In this document: positions 17,751 to 27,433 of the stretch, piece by piece
Position numbering within the stretch: the stretch's first letter is position 1
Layout: every line of letters begins with the position of its first letter
Source: a virus
Lineage: Duplodnaviria > Caudoviricetes
DNA length: 64,000 nt
Reading direction: 5' to 3' (one strand)
Virus record (IMG/VR): IMGVR_UViG_3300014208_000026
Span: 96,001 to 160,000 of that record
The notes under the pieces: generated by a model
Database searches by the model: none
Told to the model about the DNA's origin: nothing
What the model saw: the letters and a program-made list of their open reading frames with translations, nothing else
Program-made: the position numbers and the translations under genes

Positions 17751-18905
17751 ATGCTCCTGTCCGACCGAGTTGCTTCTCGCTGGTTATCGGAGATATCGAA
17801 GAGATCTAAAGTGTCTCTCCATGCCCTCTTCTCCCAGGCAGTGGAAACTTACGAAAAAGCCGGTAATCCCGAACCCCTGTTGGCTTTTCTGCCGGTGTTC
17901 AAGACCACTCTTGGCGTAACTGAGACCGCTCAGGAGATCGGGTATTCTCGTTCTATCGGGGCAGATTGGTACTACGCTCTCGGCCCGCAGAAGCGGAACA
18001 AGATTAAAGACGTTGTGCGGACTCTGTTTGACCTCGAACGGAACCTAGGGAGCACGTTCTATACGCATCCGATTCCTTCTACGCTCAAGGCTCTGCAAGG
18101 GCTGGTGCCTACGATGTTGTGGCTGGAAACTCAGGTTCAGGAACAGGACTCTGAAGTTCCTCACGGTCCTTTCGTGCTTGTCCAGATGCCTGGAGTTTCT
18201 CAGAAGGCTTGGGGCGGGGCCCTTGAAGCCCTGGACAAAGCCACCGAACTCATCCGTAAGAAGTTCCCGCAGCTTCTGTACGGTAAGGTGTTCGTCACTC
18301 CTAGCGTCAAGGGCGGTAAGGCGGGGACCGTGGCCATGTACATGCCCTCTACCGATATCATTTACCTGTCTTTGCGGGCTCAGAAGACTGTCGGGGACGT
18401 CCTAGCTTTGGTTCATGAGTTCGGGCACAGGTACGACTATCGGTTCTGGCGGGATAAGGATGCGAAGCAGGAGTTTTTCAGTCTGTCGTCTGACACCGTG
18501 TACGAGAAGATTCCGATAGACCCCGCTCTTAAGAAGAAGCTGGTTGAAGAGTTCCTGGTAGCTATGCGATCGTACCGCTCGGGTAAGAAGCCTGTCCATT
18601 GGTCTGATCTGCTTACGCAGTTCACTCAGGAGTCCAACAAGGATTCTAGGAGGCGGTATATTCTGCGGGACTTGTCACAGAAGGCTATCAAGGGAGGGAC
18701 CGCCGAAGAGAAGGCCCTACGGGACAAGTTCTTGGAGATCGGGCCTAACGAGATCGTGACGGACAAGATTCTTCGGGGACCGCTGGCCGTGACCCCCTAT
18801 GGTGCGACGGATTGGAAAGAGAACTTCTGTGAGGCGTTTGCCCATTTCTTGGTGGGTAAGCCTCTCCCTCCTGAGATTCAGTCTTTCATGGAACATCTGA
18901 AGTAA
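17751..18905 (+). CDS. Zinc-metallopeptidase-like protein (HEFGH, lethal-factor-like) with N-terminal DRVASRWL tag
   Basis: LVHEFGHRYD...VTPYG...KENFCEAFAHF; same motif set as the first domain of the 1932-aa protein. Confidence 0.7.
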   Translation: MLLSDRVASRWLSEISKRSKVSLHALFSQAVETYEKAGNPEPLLAFLPVFKTTLGVTETAQEIGYSRSIGADWYYALGPQKRNKIKDVVRTLFDLERNLGSTFYTHPIPSTLKALQGLVPTMLWLETQVQEQDSEVPHGPFVLVQMPGVSQKAWGGALEALDKATELIRKKFPQLLYGKVFVTPSVKGGKAGTVAMYMPSTDIIYLSLRAQKTVGDVLALVHEFGHRYDYRFWRDKDAKQEFFSLSSDTVYEKIPIDPALKKKLVEEFLVAMRSYRSGKKPVHWSDLLTQFTQESNKDSRRRYILRDLSQKAIKGGTAEEKALRDKFLEIGPNEIVTDKILRGPLAVTPYGATDWKENFCEAFAHFLVGKPLPPEIQSFMEHLK

Positions 18906-18947
18906 CCCGTCATTTCTTTTTTATCTCCCAAAAAGCACTCTCTCACC

Positions 18948-18957
18948 GGTACAGTAA
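18948..18957 (+). promoter_or_regulatory. GGTAYAGTAG-class promoter-like motif (variant GGTACAGTAA)
   Basis: One mismatch to a motif seen upstream of seven other genes. Confidence 0.45.
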
Positions 18958-18986
18958 GGCTACTCGCCGATTTTGGGTATACTTAT

Positions 18987-19328
18987 ATGAGCAGGTCGAA
19001 TAAAGTCCAGAACAGCCAAATTGATTGTGAAGTAGCGGTCCCTGACCCTCTGGTTATGGGGGTCTATGCCAATGCATTCCGCGTGGTCGGTGAAGTAGGG
19101 CACGATTGCCTGTTGGATTTTGCTGTCTACTCAGCCGACAAGCAACGAGCGGAGGTTGTGTCGAGGGTACGGGTTCACCGCAGTTTCCTGGCCGACTTGC
19201 ATCGTAGGCTGGGAACGGTGCTTTCGCCGGACGCTTCCGTTTTGCCTGGAGATAGCGATAGCGACTATCCAGACCAAGAAACGGCGGAGGGGATTTTGAT
19301 CATGCCCGGGAGCAGCAAGAAAAACTGA
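18987..19328 (+). CDS. DUF3467-like small protein
   Basis: GVYANAFRV...LLDFA...V.RV pattern recalled for DUF3467. Confidence 0.55.
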   Translation: MSRSNKVQNSQIDCEVAVPDPLVMGVYANAFRVVGEVGHDCLLDFAVYSADKQRAEVVSRVRVHRSFLADLHRRLGTVLSPDASVLPGDSDSDYPDQETAEGILIMPGSSKKN

Positions 19329-19350
19329 GGCTCGGTCGGGCGGTTTGGTG

Positions 19351-19360
19351 GGTACAGTAG
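19351..19360 (+). promoter_or_regulatory. GGTACAGTAG promoter-like motif
   Basis: Exact motif upstream of the 19390 gene. Confidence 0.5.
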
Positions 19361-19389
19361 AAAACGAGAACTTGGGAGGAAAGAAGATC

Positions 19390-21024
19390 ATGCCAGTAGC
19401 TATTCAGTTCGTGACCGGACAGTTCCAGGAGTTTCGGGTTGCCAAGGGGTTCCATTTTGGGCCTCTCGCTCGGGACATGGCCCTGGACGAGGTGTTTGAG
19501 TTCGACGGGCGGACTCTCAAGGTTGGCGGTGAGACGTGGCCTGCGGAGAAGCTGAAAGGCGCTATCCTGGCGGGTTGGATTGTGTTGTCCAGCGACGTGG
19601 ATTATGTGCCCCCCCGTCCGCAGCCTGCGGGTGTATCAGTCCGTCCGGCGGACAACAGTGTGAAGGGTAAGGCTCCCTCGGATATGACGACGGTGGGTCA
19701 TGAGGAGCGTGAGGTCGGGCTTCTGAAGGACTTTACGGAGAGAAGCAAAGCGGCACTGACGGGGGCTCAGCAGAAGGCCACGCGGATGGTTGCGGCCCAT
19801 GCCCGTGCGGGGGACACTGCTGAAGAGATCCTGGGCGGTGAGGTTGCTGTCTCGCCTAGGGGTACTTCTAAGTACGCGATGAGTTCGCAGGATGATGAGC
19901 GGCAGGTTCGGCGTTTGACTCCTTGCACCCCGCAGGGGGTTGCGAGGGCGGCGGCAGAAGCGGCCCAGGGGGGTGGCAGGGCTAGGACGGCTTCTCGGAG
20001 CAGCACTATGATTGAACCCCAGGAAGGGGTTCCGGTGCGTTCGGTGACTTCTTTGCGTTCCAAGCAGGACAGCACCCTGATTACCGGCACCTCTGACATT
20101 CAGCGGGGGATTCGGGAAGCCCACGATACGGCTGTGGCCTCTACGACGCAGACGGTTCGTCGAGAGCTTACTCCGCAGGAGTACGCCAAGGTGCTGGCGG
20201 CTCAGAAGGGGAGGGAGGCTGCTTTCAATGCTGCCAAGGCCTCGGGTATGACGGCGGAGCAGGCCAAGGAACTGTTGGCTCAGCACGCTCGGGTTGGGGA
20301 TGATCTGGCTGAGATCATCGATGAGCGCCCTGTTGCTACCGAGGCAAAGCCCGTGCTCGACGCTGCTTACTGGCAGGCCTTGATGAACATGGCCTTCACG
20401 AAGTGTGGCGGGGATCCCGACACTCTCCAGAAGGTCATGGGAATCATCATGCAGTGGCGGGAAGCCGAAAGTGCGGATCCCGACCTGGAGAAGGCGTGGG
20501 CGGCTATCGAGGATATCCTGAATCCTCCGGCGTTCGTGCCCGACGCGGTTTACTGGCAGGGTTTGATGAGCAAGGCGTTCCAGGAGTGTAGCGGGGATCC
20601 TGCCAAGCTTCAGAAAGCCATGGGGCTGATTATGCAGTGGCAGAAGGAAGGTTCGGCGGCTGATCCTGACGTCGGTATGGCGTGGGAGATTGTCGAAGTT
20701 GCCATTGCGGAACCGGATATCGAAGTGGCTCCGGCTTCCTCCCTGCCTCAGGGCGGGGACATTTCTGAAGAGCTTTACGAAGAGGGTGAGCCGGTCGACG
20801 AAGAAAACCATAGCGAGTGGGATACGAACCTCCAGTATGCTAAGCGCATCAAGCTGGCCTTGGAGAAGTTCGGCAATGACCAGAAGGCCCTCACGCACAT
20901 CATCTCCGTAGAGACTCGGGACGGCAACGGTTCCAAGAGTTCGGCGGCTGTGGTTGAAGCCCTCCGCAAGCGTCTTCAGGAGCTTCTGACTTCCGACGTG
21001 GTCATGACCCCCGCCGTTTCCTAG
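19390..21024 (+). CDS. Hypothetical protein (544 aa) with a duplicated ~50-aa helical repeat
   Basis: GGGAGG RBS; DAAYWQALMNMAF...QW...ADPD and DAVYWQGLMSKAF...QW...ADPD. Confidence 0.75.
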   Translation: MPVAIQFVTGQFQEFRVAKGFHFGPLARDMALDEVFEFDGRTLKVGGETWPAEKLKGAILAGWIVLSSDVDYVPPRPQPAGVSVRPADNSVKGKAPSDMTTVGHEEREVGLLKDFTERSKAALTGAQQKATRMVAAHARAGDTAEEILGGEVAVSPRGTSKYAMSSQDDERQVRRLTPCTPQGVARAAAEAAQGGGRARTASRSSTMIEPQEGVPVRSVTSLRSKQDSTLITGTSDIQRGIREAHDTAVASTTQTVRRELTPQEYAKVLAAQKGREAAFNAAKASGMTAEQAKELLAQHARVGDDLAEIIDERPVATEAKPVLDAAYWQALMNMAFTKCGGDPDTLQKVMGIIMQWREAESADPDLEKAWAAIEDILNPPAFVPDAVYWQGLMSKAFQECSGDPAKLQKAMGLIMQWQKEGSAADPDVGMAWEIVEVAIAEPDIEVAPASSLPQGGDISEELYEEGEPVDEENHSEWDTNLQYAKRIKLALEKFGNDQKALTHIISVETRDGNGSKSSAAVVEALRKRLQELLTSDVVMTPAVS

Positions 21025-21025
21025 T

Positions 21026-21045
21026 CTATAGCTTTCCTCTTGTAG
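21026..21045 (+). promoter_or_regulatory. Putative late promoter CTAT-N12-GTAG
   Basis: Exact match to the recurring motif. Confidence 0.65.
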
Positions 21046-21067
21046 GACCTACGAGAGGAAATTTCCA

Positions 21068-21463
21068 GTGAAGCCTGCCAATGCAAGTAGTCAAAGTGCC
21101 TGGGCTCTCCTGACAAACGGAGTGACTTCGGCCAGAGTTAGGACTCACCGTCTCCAGCAGCTTGTCAGTCGAGTGTTGAAGATGATCGAAGATTCGGAGG
21201 AGAAAGAGCATCTCTACGAAGTGGCGGGGGATATTATCATCGCCCTGCCCGAAGGTCTTACGGCGGTAGCTTCCGAGCTGGATCAGACTTCGTACGCTCT
21301 CTCCCTGTTGGGGCAGGAGTTCCTGAAGGATCGGCTCCCCCTGGCAGACAAGAAAGAGATTGAGGACGCGGTGGAGTCTGTTACCATGACTCCCCCAAAG
21401 CAGGATAGCCCTGCTAGCTCCGCTAAGCGGGTTGCCAGTCGATTCCTCAAAGGCCAGGAGTGA
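21068..21463 (+). CDS. Hypothetical helical protein with C-terminal KRVASRFL tag
   Basis: GAGGA RBS before a GTG start; follows a late-type promoter. Confidence 0.7.
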   Translation: MKPANASSQSAWALLTNGVTSARVRTHRLQQLVSRVLKMIEDSEEKEHLYEVAGDIIIALPEGLTAVASELDQTSYALSLLGQEFLKDRLPLADKKEIEDAVESVTMTPPKQDSPASSAKRVASRFLKGQE

Positions 21464-21469
21464 CTAGCG

Positions 21470-21784
21470 ATGACTGACCCCCACGGGCTCCAATTGGAAC
21501 AAGAGGGCAGGGCCCTTCTTCTGGAGGGAGATGAGGACCTTGTTCTCAGGTTGCGGATCCTCGAAGGGCACTTTGACGACGACGGCAAAGAAATGCGGGT
21601 GATCAAGGTTCTCCTGGTAGGCCCCTTGGAGGGTCCTCTGCACCACAAGCAGATTGCGGAAGAGTTAGTGAATGCGGCTCAAGATGTTTATCAGCGGCAC
21701 ATGGACGATTTCCATCCTACCGAGGGGTTTTCCCAGAAGCTTCTAACGGTGGCCGTTAAACAAGGGGCTGGTAAAAAGAAGTGA
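21470..21784 (+). CDS. Hypothetical protein (104 aa)
   Basis: Fills the operon between coupled genes; overlaps the next start. Confidence 0.6.
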   Translation: MTDPHGLQLEQEGRALLLEGDEDLVLRLRILEGHFDDDGKEMRVIKVLLVGPLEGPLHHKQIAEELVNAAQDVYQRHMDDFHPTEGFSQKLLTVAVKQGAGKKK

Positions 21785-23430
21785 GTCGACGTAGAGCCTA
21801 TTCGCCTCCTACCTCTGAGTTGCCTGGGTACAAGACTCTGGTAACGGAGGATTCCGAGAAGGGGTTGCCAGGGACTACCTCTCTGCCTTCTTCCGAAGAT
21901 TCGGGGGGGAAACAGGACCCGGAGCATATCGAGCGGGCTCTTCCTATGCCCCCGAAGCGCCGAAACTTGGAGGTCAAGAAACAGGAGTTCAACACCCCTT
22001 ACCGTCCTGACGACAAACCTGTTCAGCCTCGTACCCGTTCTACTCCCGGGGAAGAGTATGATCATCCTTACATGGAACAGGGGACGGGGATTATTCAGCG
22101 TCGTCCTGGTATCACTGCCGGACTGACTACTCCGTACCCTTCGGCTACGGACAGACAACGTGACCAGAAGGGGGATGCAAAGAGATTTTATCGGCGGAAC
22201 TACCGAAAGAACCGTGGCAAGATTCTCCAGAGGGCCCGAAAGCGGTATCTGAAAATGAAGCACCGTCCTGCATACAAGAGGGACGTCGTAAGGCGTAGGG
22301 ATCATCCTGAGAAGTTCGAGCGGAGACCTTCGGGAGGATTCAGTTCGCCTGCTGAACGGGCTCGGGAACAAAGAGAAGAAGCCAAGAAGGTTGCCTCCCT
22401 ACAGCAGTTGCAGGGACTTTGGTTCAATGACCTTCCCCTTCTTAGCTTGGACGTGGATTCCGACACGGGGGCTGTTCGTTTCACGACTTCAGAAGGCTCT
22501 TACGACCTCCCCCTCGACAGCTTCGTCAATCAGGTGGATTTCGAGTCTCGTGGGATCATGAAAGGGTTCTTTGAGTACGTCGACACTCTCTTCGAATATA
22601 CTGAGAACGGGGACGACGCTTGGTGGCTAGAAGAGGATACTCCTTCTATGGTCGAACGGGTCGCCAGAAAGTACGCGGGAGACGTTATGTTGTTCGACCG
22701 GAAGCCTCCCGAGGATCGGGACGGGGCTGAGATGGACATTCCGAACGGAGGGACTACCTGGGTGGTTCCTACCCACACCCAACCGAACGTGAATGAGAAG
22801 CCGGACAAGCAGATTCCGGCTTACGACTTGAACATAGACCACGAGGTCATGGACAACCCTGGCTCCGCTCGGGTAATCCCTGACAATCACGACTTCGTGA
22901 ACAACAAGGGGGCCTCTGCTGTCCAGAGGTTATCCAAGATTGCTGTTCGAATGGCAGAGATTGTGGAAGCTACGAGTCCGAAGGTTAGAGCAAAGTCCGT
23001 TGGATTGAGGGTCGTGCTTTCCCGAGTGAACCGGAAGAGCTTGTCGTGGCGGTTCACGGTGCAAGGGTCTGACGAGCCTTACACGGTGTTGATGAAGGCT
23101 CTCCCGAAGGGTCCTGGAATACGGAACCTGAAGAACACGGACGTGTTGGTTTCCTGTTCCTGTCCTTTCTGGCGTTGGCAGGGGCCTGAGTATCATGCCA
23201 AGCAGAAGGGTTATCTGTACGGGACGCCTGTTGGAACTGCTTCGACGCCGGATATCAAGGACCCGAACAGGGAACACCTTGCATGTAAACACACAATTGC
23301 CGTCCTGGCTTTCGCTGAGAACTACCGACTGCCTGGACGCGATTGGAAACTAGGGTCGGTGCTAATCGACCTGGAACGGGTTTGGAGAATCGCGGCTCGC
23401 GTTGCCGGCCGGTATAATAGAGGGGAGTGA
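21781..23430 (+). CDS. SWIM-type zinc-finger protein (549 aa) with a very basic segment
   Basis: VSCSCPFW...ACKH; RRNYRKNRGKILQRARKRY; two RVAx[RK]Y tags. Confidence 0.7.
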   Translation: MSRRRAYSPPTSELPGYKTLVTEDSEKGLPGTTSLPSSEDSGGKQDPEHIERALPMPPKRRNLEVKKQEFNTPYRPDDKPVQPRTRSTPGEEYDHPYMEQGTGIIQRRPGITAGLTTPYPSATDRQRDQKGDAKRFYRRNYRKNRGKILQRARKRYLKMKHRPAYKRDVVRRRDHPEKFERRPSGGFSSPAERAREQREEAKKVASLQQLQGLWFNDLPLLSLDVDSDTGAVRFTTSEGSYDLPLDSFVNQVDFESRGIMKGFFEYVDTLFEYTENGDDAWWLEEDTPSMVERVARKYAGDVMLFDRKPPEDRDGAEMDIPNGGTTWVVPTHTQPNVNEKPDKQIPAYDLNIDHEVMDNPGSARVIPDNHDFVNNKGASAVQRLSKIAVRMAEIVEATSPKVRAKSVGLRVVLSRVNRKSLSWRFTVQGSDEPYTVLMKALPKGPGIRNLKNTDVLVSCSCPFWRWQGPEYHAKQKGYLYGTPVGTASTPDIKDPNREHLACKHTIAVLAFAENYRLPGRDWKLGSVLIDLERVWRIAARVAGRYNRGE

Positions 23431-23454
23431 TCAACTCCCAAGGACCTTTCAAAA

Positions 23455-23853
23455 ATGCCAGTCTACGAATTCAAGTGCCAGAACGAAGAGTGTGCTTCTG
23501 ATTTCGAGGTTGTTCTCAAACTTTCCGCTTACGACACACCTCAGGTCTGTCCGGAGTGTGGTTGCGAAAAGACGCAGCGGAAGATTTCCAATGTGGGATT
23601 CATCTTGCAAGGTCCTGGCTGGCCCAGCAAAGCGGACCGCGTGAACAAGCAAATGCTCGCTCGACGGGAGAAGGTCGGACGAAGAGAGAACCAGTTGAGG
23701 AACGAGGCTCCTGGTGTGGCTCTGGTACCTAATGTCGACGGGGAGCGGACGGATTCCTGGTCTGAGGCTCAGAAGTTGGCCAAGGATAAGGGTAAGGATA
23801 CTAAGAGCTACACTCCGATGATCGAGAAAGAGAAGGCCAAGAAGCTCATCTAG
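23455..23853 (+). CDS. FmdB-family zinc-ribbon protein
   Basis: MPVYEFKC...C...FE...CPECG...RKIS...F.LQG.GW. Confidence 0.85.
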   Translation: MPVYEFKCQNEECASDFEVVLKLSAYDTPQVCPECGCEKTQRKISNVGFILQGPGWPSKADRVNKQMLARREKVGRRENQLRNEAPGVALVPNVDGERTDSWSEAQKLAKDKGKDTKSYTPMIEKEKAKKLI

Positions 23854-23874
23854 TCGGACAGCCCCCTTTTTTCC

Positions 23875-23895
23875 CTATAGAGCCTGTCTGGGTAG
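23875..23895 (+). promoter_or_regulatory. Putative late promoter CTAT-N13-GTAG
   Basis: Exact match to the recurring motif. Confidence 0.65.
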
Positions 23896-23923
23896 TGGAT
23901 CTAACTACCTGGAGACGATTCAA

Positions 23924-24373
23924 ATGGCTACTCTGAGAAGTGCGTGTGTGAAGTTGGCTTACGAGAATCCGGAACTTCGTCCTCTGTTGATGCCTTTGAT
24001 CAAGTTGGCAGGGAATCCGCCTAAGTACCAGGACTATGCGAAGGATAAGCAGAAGGCCGGAGAGAAGCCGTTGGACAAGGATGTCTGGGAGAGGAAGGTT
24101 CTCCACAAGAAGGGCCCTGTTAGTCCCTCCGGTCAGACGAAGGTAAAGATCCCCTGGGAGTTAGAGGATGTTCTGCACGAGTGGGGTGGCACAGGAGGCC
24201 CTCTGGATGATTTGGTTTCCAATAGGGCCATCACGTCTGACTCGCTGGACAGGGCAGTCAAGCACATCAAAAAGACATTGGCAGATCCGGATACCTCAAA
24301 AGGGGAGATTCGAGCTTTGAATAAGGCCATGCAGCTACTGAAGCCCGTTTTGGACAAGCACGAAAAGAAGTAA
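23924..24373 (+). CDS. Hypothetical protein with shared N-terminal leader (LRSACVKLAYENPELR...IKLAG)
   Basis: GGAG RBS; leader shared with the 32578 and 58539 genes. Confidence 0.75.
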   Translation: MATLRSACVKLAYENPELRPLLMPLIKLAGNPPKYQDYAKDKQKAGEKPLDKDVWERKVLHKKGPVSPSGQTKVKIPWELEDVLHEWGGTGGPLDDLVSNRAITSDSLDRAVKHIKKTLADPDTSKGEIRALNKAMQLLKPVLDKHEKK

Positions 24374-24386
24374 CTCGTTTTTCAGC

Positions 24387-24406
24387 CTATGGGCGCTCTT
24401 AGGTAG
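24387..24406 (+). promoter_or_regulatory. Putative late promoter CTAT-N12-GTAG
   Basis: Exact match to the recurring motif. Confidence 0.65.
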
Positions 24407-24427
24407 AGACTGTGTGAGGGCTTCGAA

Positions 24428-25117
24428 GTGTTGAACGTCGTTCAAAGACTTCCGAACTTTGTGGATCTGGCGATCCCGCGTAAAGCGGGGGTTACAGAGT
24501 ACCGTATCTCAGGGCACTATGACTTGGACACGGCTTTTTCGGCGCCGGTCCCTTTCATCACGATTGCTGCAGGCGGAAGTTTCCGGTCCCCTGCTCTGTG
24601 CAAAACGAAGAGGGGTCAGATCGCTGAATCGAATCGCGGGCTCACTCGTGTCAAGTTTGACCCCGACGATTATGCAAATCCCGTGACGGGACTTCCGGCT
24701 GACCCTGAGACAATTTATCTGGTGTTGGAAGAGTGGTCTACTGCCGCAGGTGCCTGGGTTCGCGATGGGGGTGTAAAGATCGTGCCCTGGGTGGGGTTCT
24801 TCAACACCCCCAGGCCTCTGTTGACGTACCAAGGGACTGCTCCTGTTGTGGCTGGGGTGACTATCGGGGATCTACCTCCCGTGGGTTCTTTGTGGGTTAC
24901 CATGCCCCGTATGACACGGTGGGGCAAGCTCCGGAACCAGGACGAGGATGTTACGCTGCTTTTCTCTCAGAGCCCCACGGAACAGCTTATTGAGCTGGAT
25001 CCCGAGGAACATTTTGAGTTCTTCGAATCGGGGCCGAAAGAGATTTTGCTGGTGTCCGGTGGGCCGACTGCGGTGAGCTTCACTGCAAGGTTTGCCATCG
25101 AGAATGGTGGTCAATAG
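24428..25117 (+). CDS. Putative virion structural protein (229 aa, beta-rich)
   Basis: GTG start; follows a late-type promoter; composition of a structural protein. Confidence 0.55.
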   Translation: MLNVVQRLPNFVDLAIPRKAGVTEYRISGHYDLDTAFSAPVPFITIAAGGSFRSPALCKTKRGQIAESNRGLTRVKFDPDDYANPVTGLPADPETIYLVLEEWSTAAGAWVRDGGVKIVPWVGFFNTPRPLLTYQGTAPVVAGVTIGDLPPVGSLWVTMPRMTRWGKLRNQDEDVTLLFSQSPTEQLIELDPEEHFEFFESGPKEILLVSGGPTAVSFTARFAIENGGQ

Positions 25118-25122
25118 TTGGC

Positions 25123-25142
25123 CTATAGTTGCCATGTAGTAG
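25123..25142 (+). promoter_or_regulatory. Putative late promoter CTAT-N12-GTAG
   Basis: Exact match to the recurring motif. Confidence 0.65.
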
Positions 25143-25161
25143 AGAACTGACCGAGAGGTGA

Positions 25162-25902
25162 ATGATGCTCTACAGTGTATACGTGAATTTGGCTCGGGCG
25201 GATGTACCGCCCGGGATTCTCCAGCTTCTGGACCTTGATCCCAACACCTCTCAGCCGCATGGTGTTATCGATCCTCCGGGGCAGACACGGTACGTGTCGT
25301 TCCCGATGGAAAACGACGTAATCCATGTGGTCTCCAGCGGTGGCGGTGGTGCAACCAAGACGACATACCAGACCACTTGGGGTCTGGCTACTTATCTGAT
25401 GGACAAGGTGAACGGCGGTGGTTTGGGTGCGGGGCCAAACTTCCCTGCTCTGACGCCTACTCAGGCACGTACTGCGGCCCTGGCGCTTCAGACTCGGGCT
25501 GCCAGCGGACTGGCTTTGACCCTTACGGATATCAATGCCGTGCTTGCGGCAGTGCTTGCAGCTACGGCGTTGACGACGGGTGGTTCGGTCGGTACGGTTG
25601 AAGAGGTTTTGCGTATTCTGGCGGGCGAGCGTTTCTATCTCCCCGCCGGAACGGTTGTGCAGCTCGTTGGCCCCCCGATTGCATGGCAGGGTTCACATGG
25701 TGCTTTCGTCGGTATCGACGGCACTTCTGCTATCACTCTGCACAATCCTCCGAGGATTCGGAATCTCGTGATTAGCGGGGCTCTTTACGCTTCCATCGCC
25801 AATGGACACATCTATGAACTCACTCAGGCCACGTACACTTACCTGGGTGTTACGGGGCGTGCAATCACGGTTTATGACGTCAGCGGCAACGTGCTGGCGT
25901 AA
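25162..25902 (+). CDS. Putative virion structural protein, paralog 1
   Basis: GAGGTG RBS; aligns by eye with 25920 (TVEEVLRILAGERFYLP; TYLGVTGRAITVYD). Confidence 0.7.
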   Translation: MMLYSVYVNLARADVPPGILQLLDLDPNTSQPHGVIDPPGQTRYVSFPMENDVIHVVSSGGGGATKTTYQTTWGLATYLMDKVNGGGLGAGPNFPALTPTQARTAALALQTRAASGLALTLTDINAVLAAVLAATALTTGGSVGTVEEVLRILAGERFYLPAGTVVQLVGPPIAWQGSHGAFVGIDGTSAITLHNPPRIRNLVISGALYASIANGHIYELTQATYTYLGVTGRAITVYDVSGNVLA

Positions 25903-25919
25903 GAAGGGAGTAGAAAATC

Positions 25920-26687
25920 ATGGCAGTACCCCAGTTCTACATTTGCAAGGTTCGCAGTGACGTCCCCGCGGCCCTCCTTCAGACGAAGGATCTCAAGCCG
26001 AATTCTTCTCAGCGCCATCCGGTGTATGAGAGTGCAGGGCAGACGGGCTACCAGAGTTACATGCCGGACAATACCGCCCTGGGCACGCTGGTTGTAGGTC
26101 CGCCCAAGGCGACTTCCTCGGCGGCTTACGGCCTGTCCGCGTACCTGCTCAACAACGTCGAGAATGTTCACGTTGTGATGGGTGTTCCTGAAGCTTTGAA
26201 CCTGACGATCGTTCAGGCGGCTGCGATTGCGACGGCTCTCATTGCCCGTAAGAATGCTGGAACGGCTCTGGCTCTGGCAAACATCAACACGGTGATCAAT
26301 GCCGCAGCGGGCGTGACGGACTCCGACCTCAATGGTGTTGTTGCGGATTCGCACTCGACGGGCACTGTCGAAGAGATCCTCAAGATCCTCGCGGGCCATC
26401 GTTACTATCTCCCGTCCGGTGTTGAGATTTCGGACGGCGGTGGCAACTTCGATCCTGACGCGACCCGCGGTTGGTTCGTGGGTGTGGATAACCTGACGGC
26501 AGTTACGAATGTTGAGCCGGGGCATGCATCGAACCCCAGCCGCATCCGCCCGATTTACATCAGCGGTTCGGCTTGTTCCTCGCTGGTCTCCGGTGATCTC
26601 GCGAAGATGCAGTCCGCGTCGTTCTCTTACCTGGGCACCACGGGTCGGGCCATCTCGGTGTACGACTACCTGGGCAACGTTGTGTAG
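25920..26687 (+). CDS. Putative virion structural protein, paralog 2
   Basis: GGGAG RBS; TVEEILKILAGHRYYLP; SYLGTTGRAISVYD. Confidence 0.7.
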   Translation: MAVPQFYICKVRSDVPAALLQTKDLKPNSSQRHPVYESAGQTGYQSYMPDNTALGTLVVGPPKATSSAAYGLSAYLLNNVENVHVVMGVPEALNLTIVQAAAIATALIARKNAGTALALANINTVINAAAGVTDSDLNGVVADSHSTGTVEEILKILAGHRYYLPSGVEISDGGGNFDPDATRGWFVGVDNLTAVTNVEPGHASNPSRIRPIYISGSACSSLVSGDLAKMQSASFSYLGTTGRAISVYDYLGNVV

Positions 26688-26769
26688 TTGCGGTTAGAGG
26701 GGGTGTCTGACAAGGTGTTATTCACCCCCCCTGGATTTAGAACAGACAGATGAAAGGGCCTGAAAAATC

Positions 26770-27012
26770 ATGAGCACTACCATTCCATTCAAGACCTCGG
26801 ACCTGCACTTCGCCGCTTTCCTCAAGGTGGCCGAAGTCCCCTTCCTCGAAGCCAAGGCGGACCCGGGCGAGCGTCGGGTGTACTTCTACTTTGAGGCCAT
26901 CGCCGATATCCTGGACTTCAAGCGGGACTACTTCAACCGCACCGCGAAGGTGAGTGCTTTGACGTTCGGCGAAGAGATCAAGGCCCTCAAGAGCCTTATC
27001 CACAACCTCTAA
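26770..27012 (+). CDS. DUF5659-like small phage protein
   Basis: F.TSDL.FAAFL...RV.F.FE pattern recalled for DUF5659. Confidence 0.55.
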   Translation: MSTTIPFKTSDLHFAAFLKVAEVPFLEAKADPGERRVYFYFEAIADILDFKRDYFNRTAKVSALTFGEEIKALKSLIHNL

Positions 27013-27030
27013 GAGGCAGGTACTACGTAA

Positions 27031-27375
27031 TTGTCGACTACAGCCGTCATAGGTAGGGCGTTCACCTTCCAAGTCCGGTTTGTAGACGGCACAGGCACCC
27101 CTATTGACCCTCCCGATCCGACCATTACTGTTTTCCGGTTTTCTGGGGATAGTAAGGTCCTGTTGATTGATGCGGCTGCTATGTTCCCTGCGGACCCCGT
27201 AGAGGTGGGCCGGTACGTTTACCCCTACACGATTCCTGACACTCTGGAAGACGGGGATACTATCTATGGGGATATGGCGGGAACGGGTGCGGAGTTCGTT
27301 GAGGTAGAGGTATCCCTGCTGGCTCCCGACGCGGAAAGGGGCAGGGTGATTTCTAGATTCGTGCGGGGCGGCTAG
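27031..27375 (+). CDS. Small Ig-like putative structural protein
   Basis: TTG start after GAGG; GRYVYPYTIP...GD pattern resembles the N-terminus of the 28366 protein. Confidence 0.55.
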   Translation: MSTTAVIGRAFTFQVRFVDGTGTPIDPPDPTITVFRFSGDSKVLLIDAAAMFPADPVEVGRYVYPYTIPDTLEDGDTIYGDMAGTGAEFVEVEVSLLAPDAERGRVISRFVRGG

Positions 27376-27384
27376 TTTCTGAGC

Positions 27385-27394
27385 GGTACAGTAG
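27385..27394 (+). promoter_or_regulatory. GGTACAGTAG promoter-like motif
   Basis: Exact motif upstream of the methyltransferase. Confidence 0.5.
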
Positions 27395-27433
27395 ACAGGC
27401 AAGAAATCCGACCTCTCTACTGGAGACGTTTCT

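Noticed and set aside
25162-26687. Diversity-generating retroelement TR/VR pair
   Set aside because: Similarity is ancient protein-level paralogy, not near-identical DNA with adenine-specific changes; no reverse transcriptase seen.
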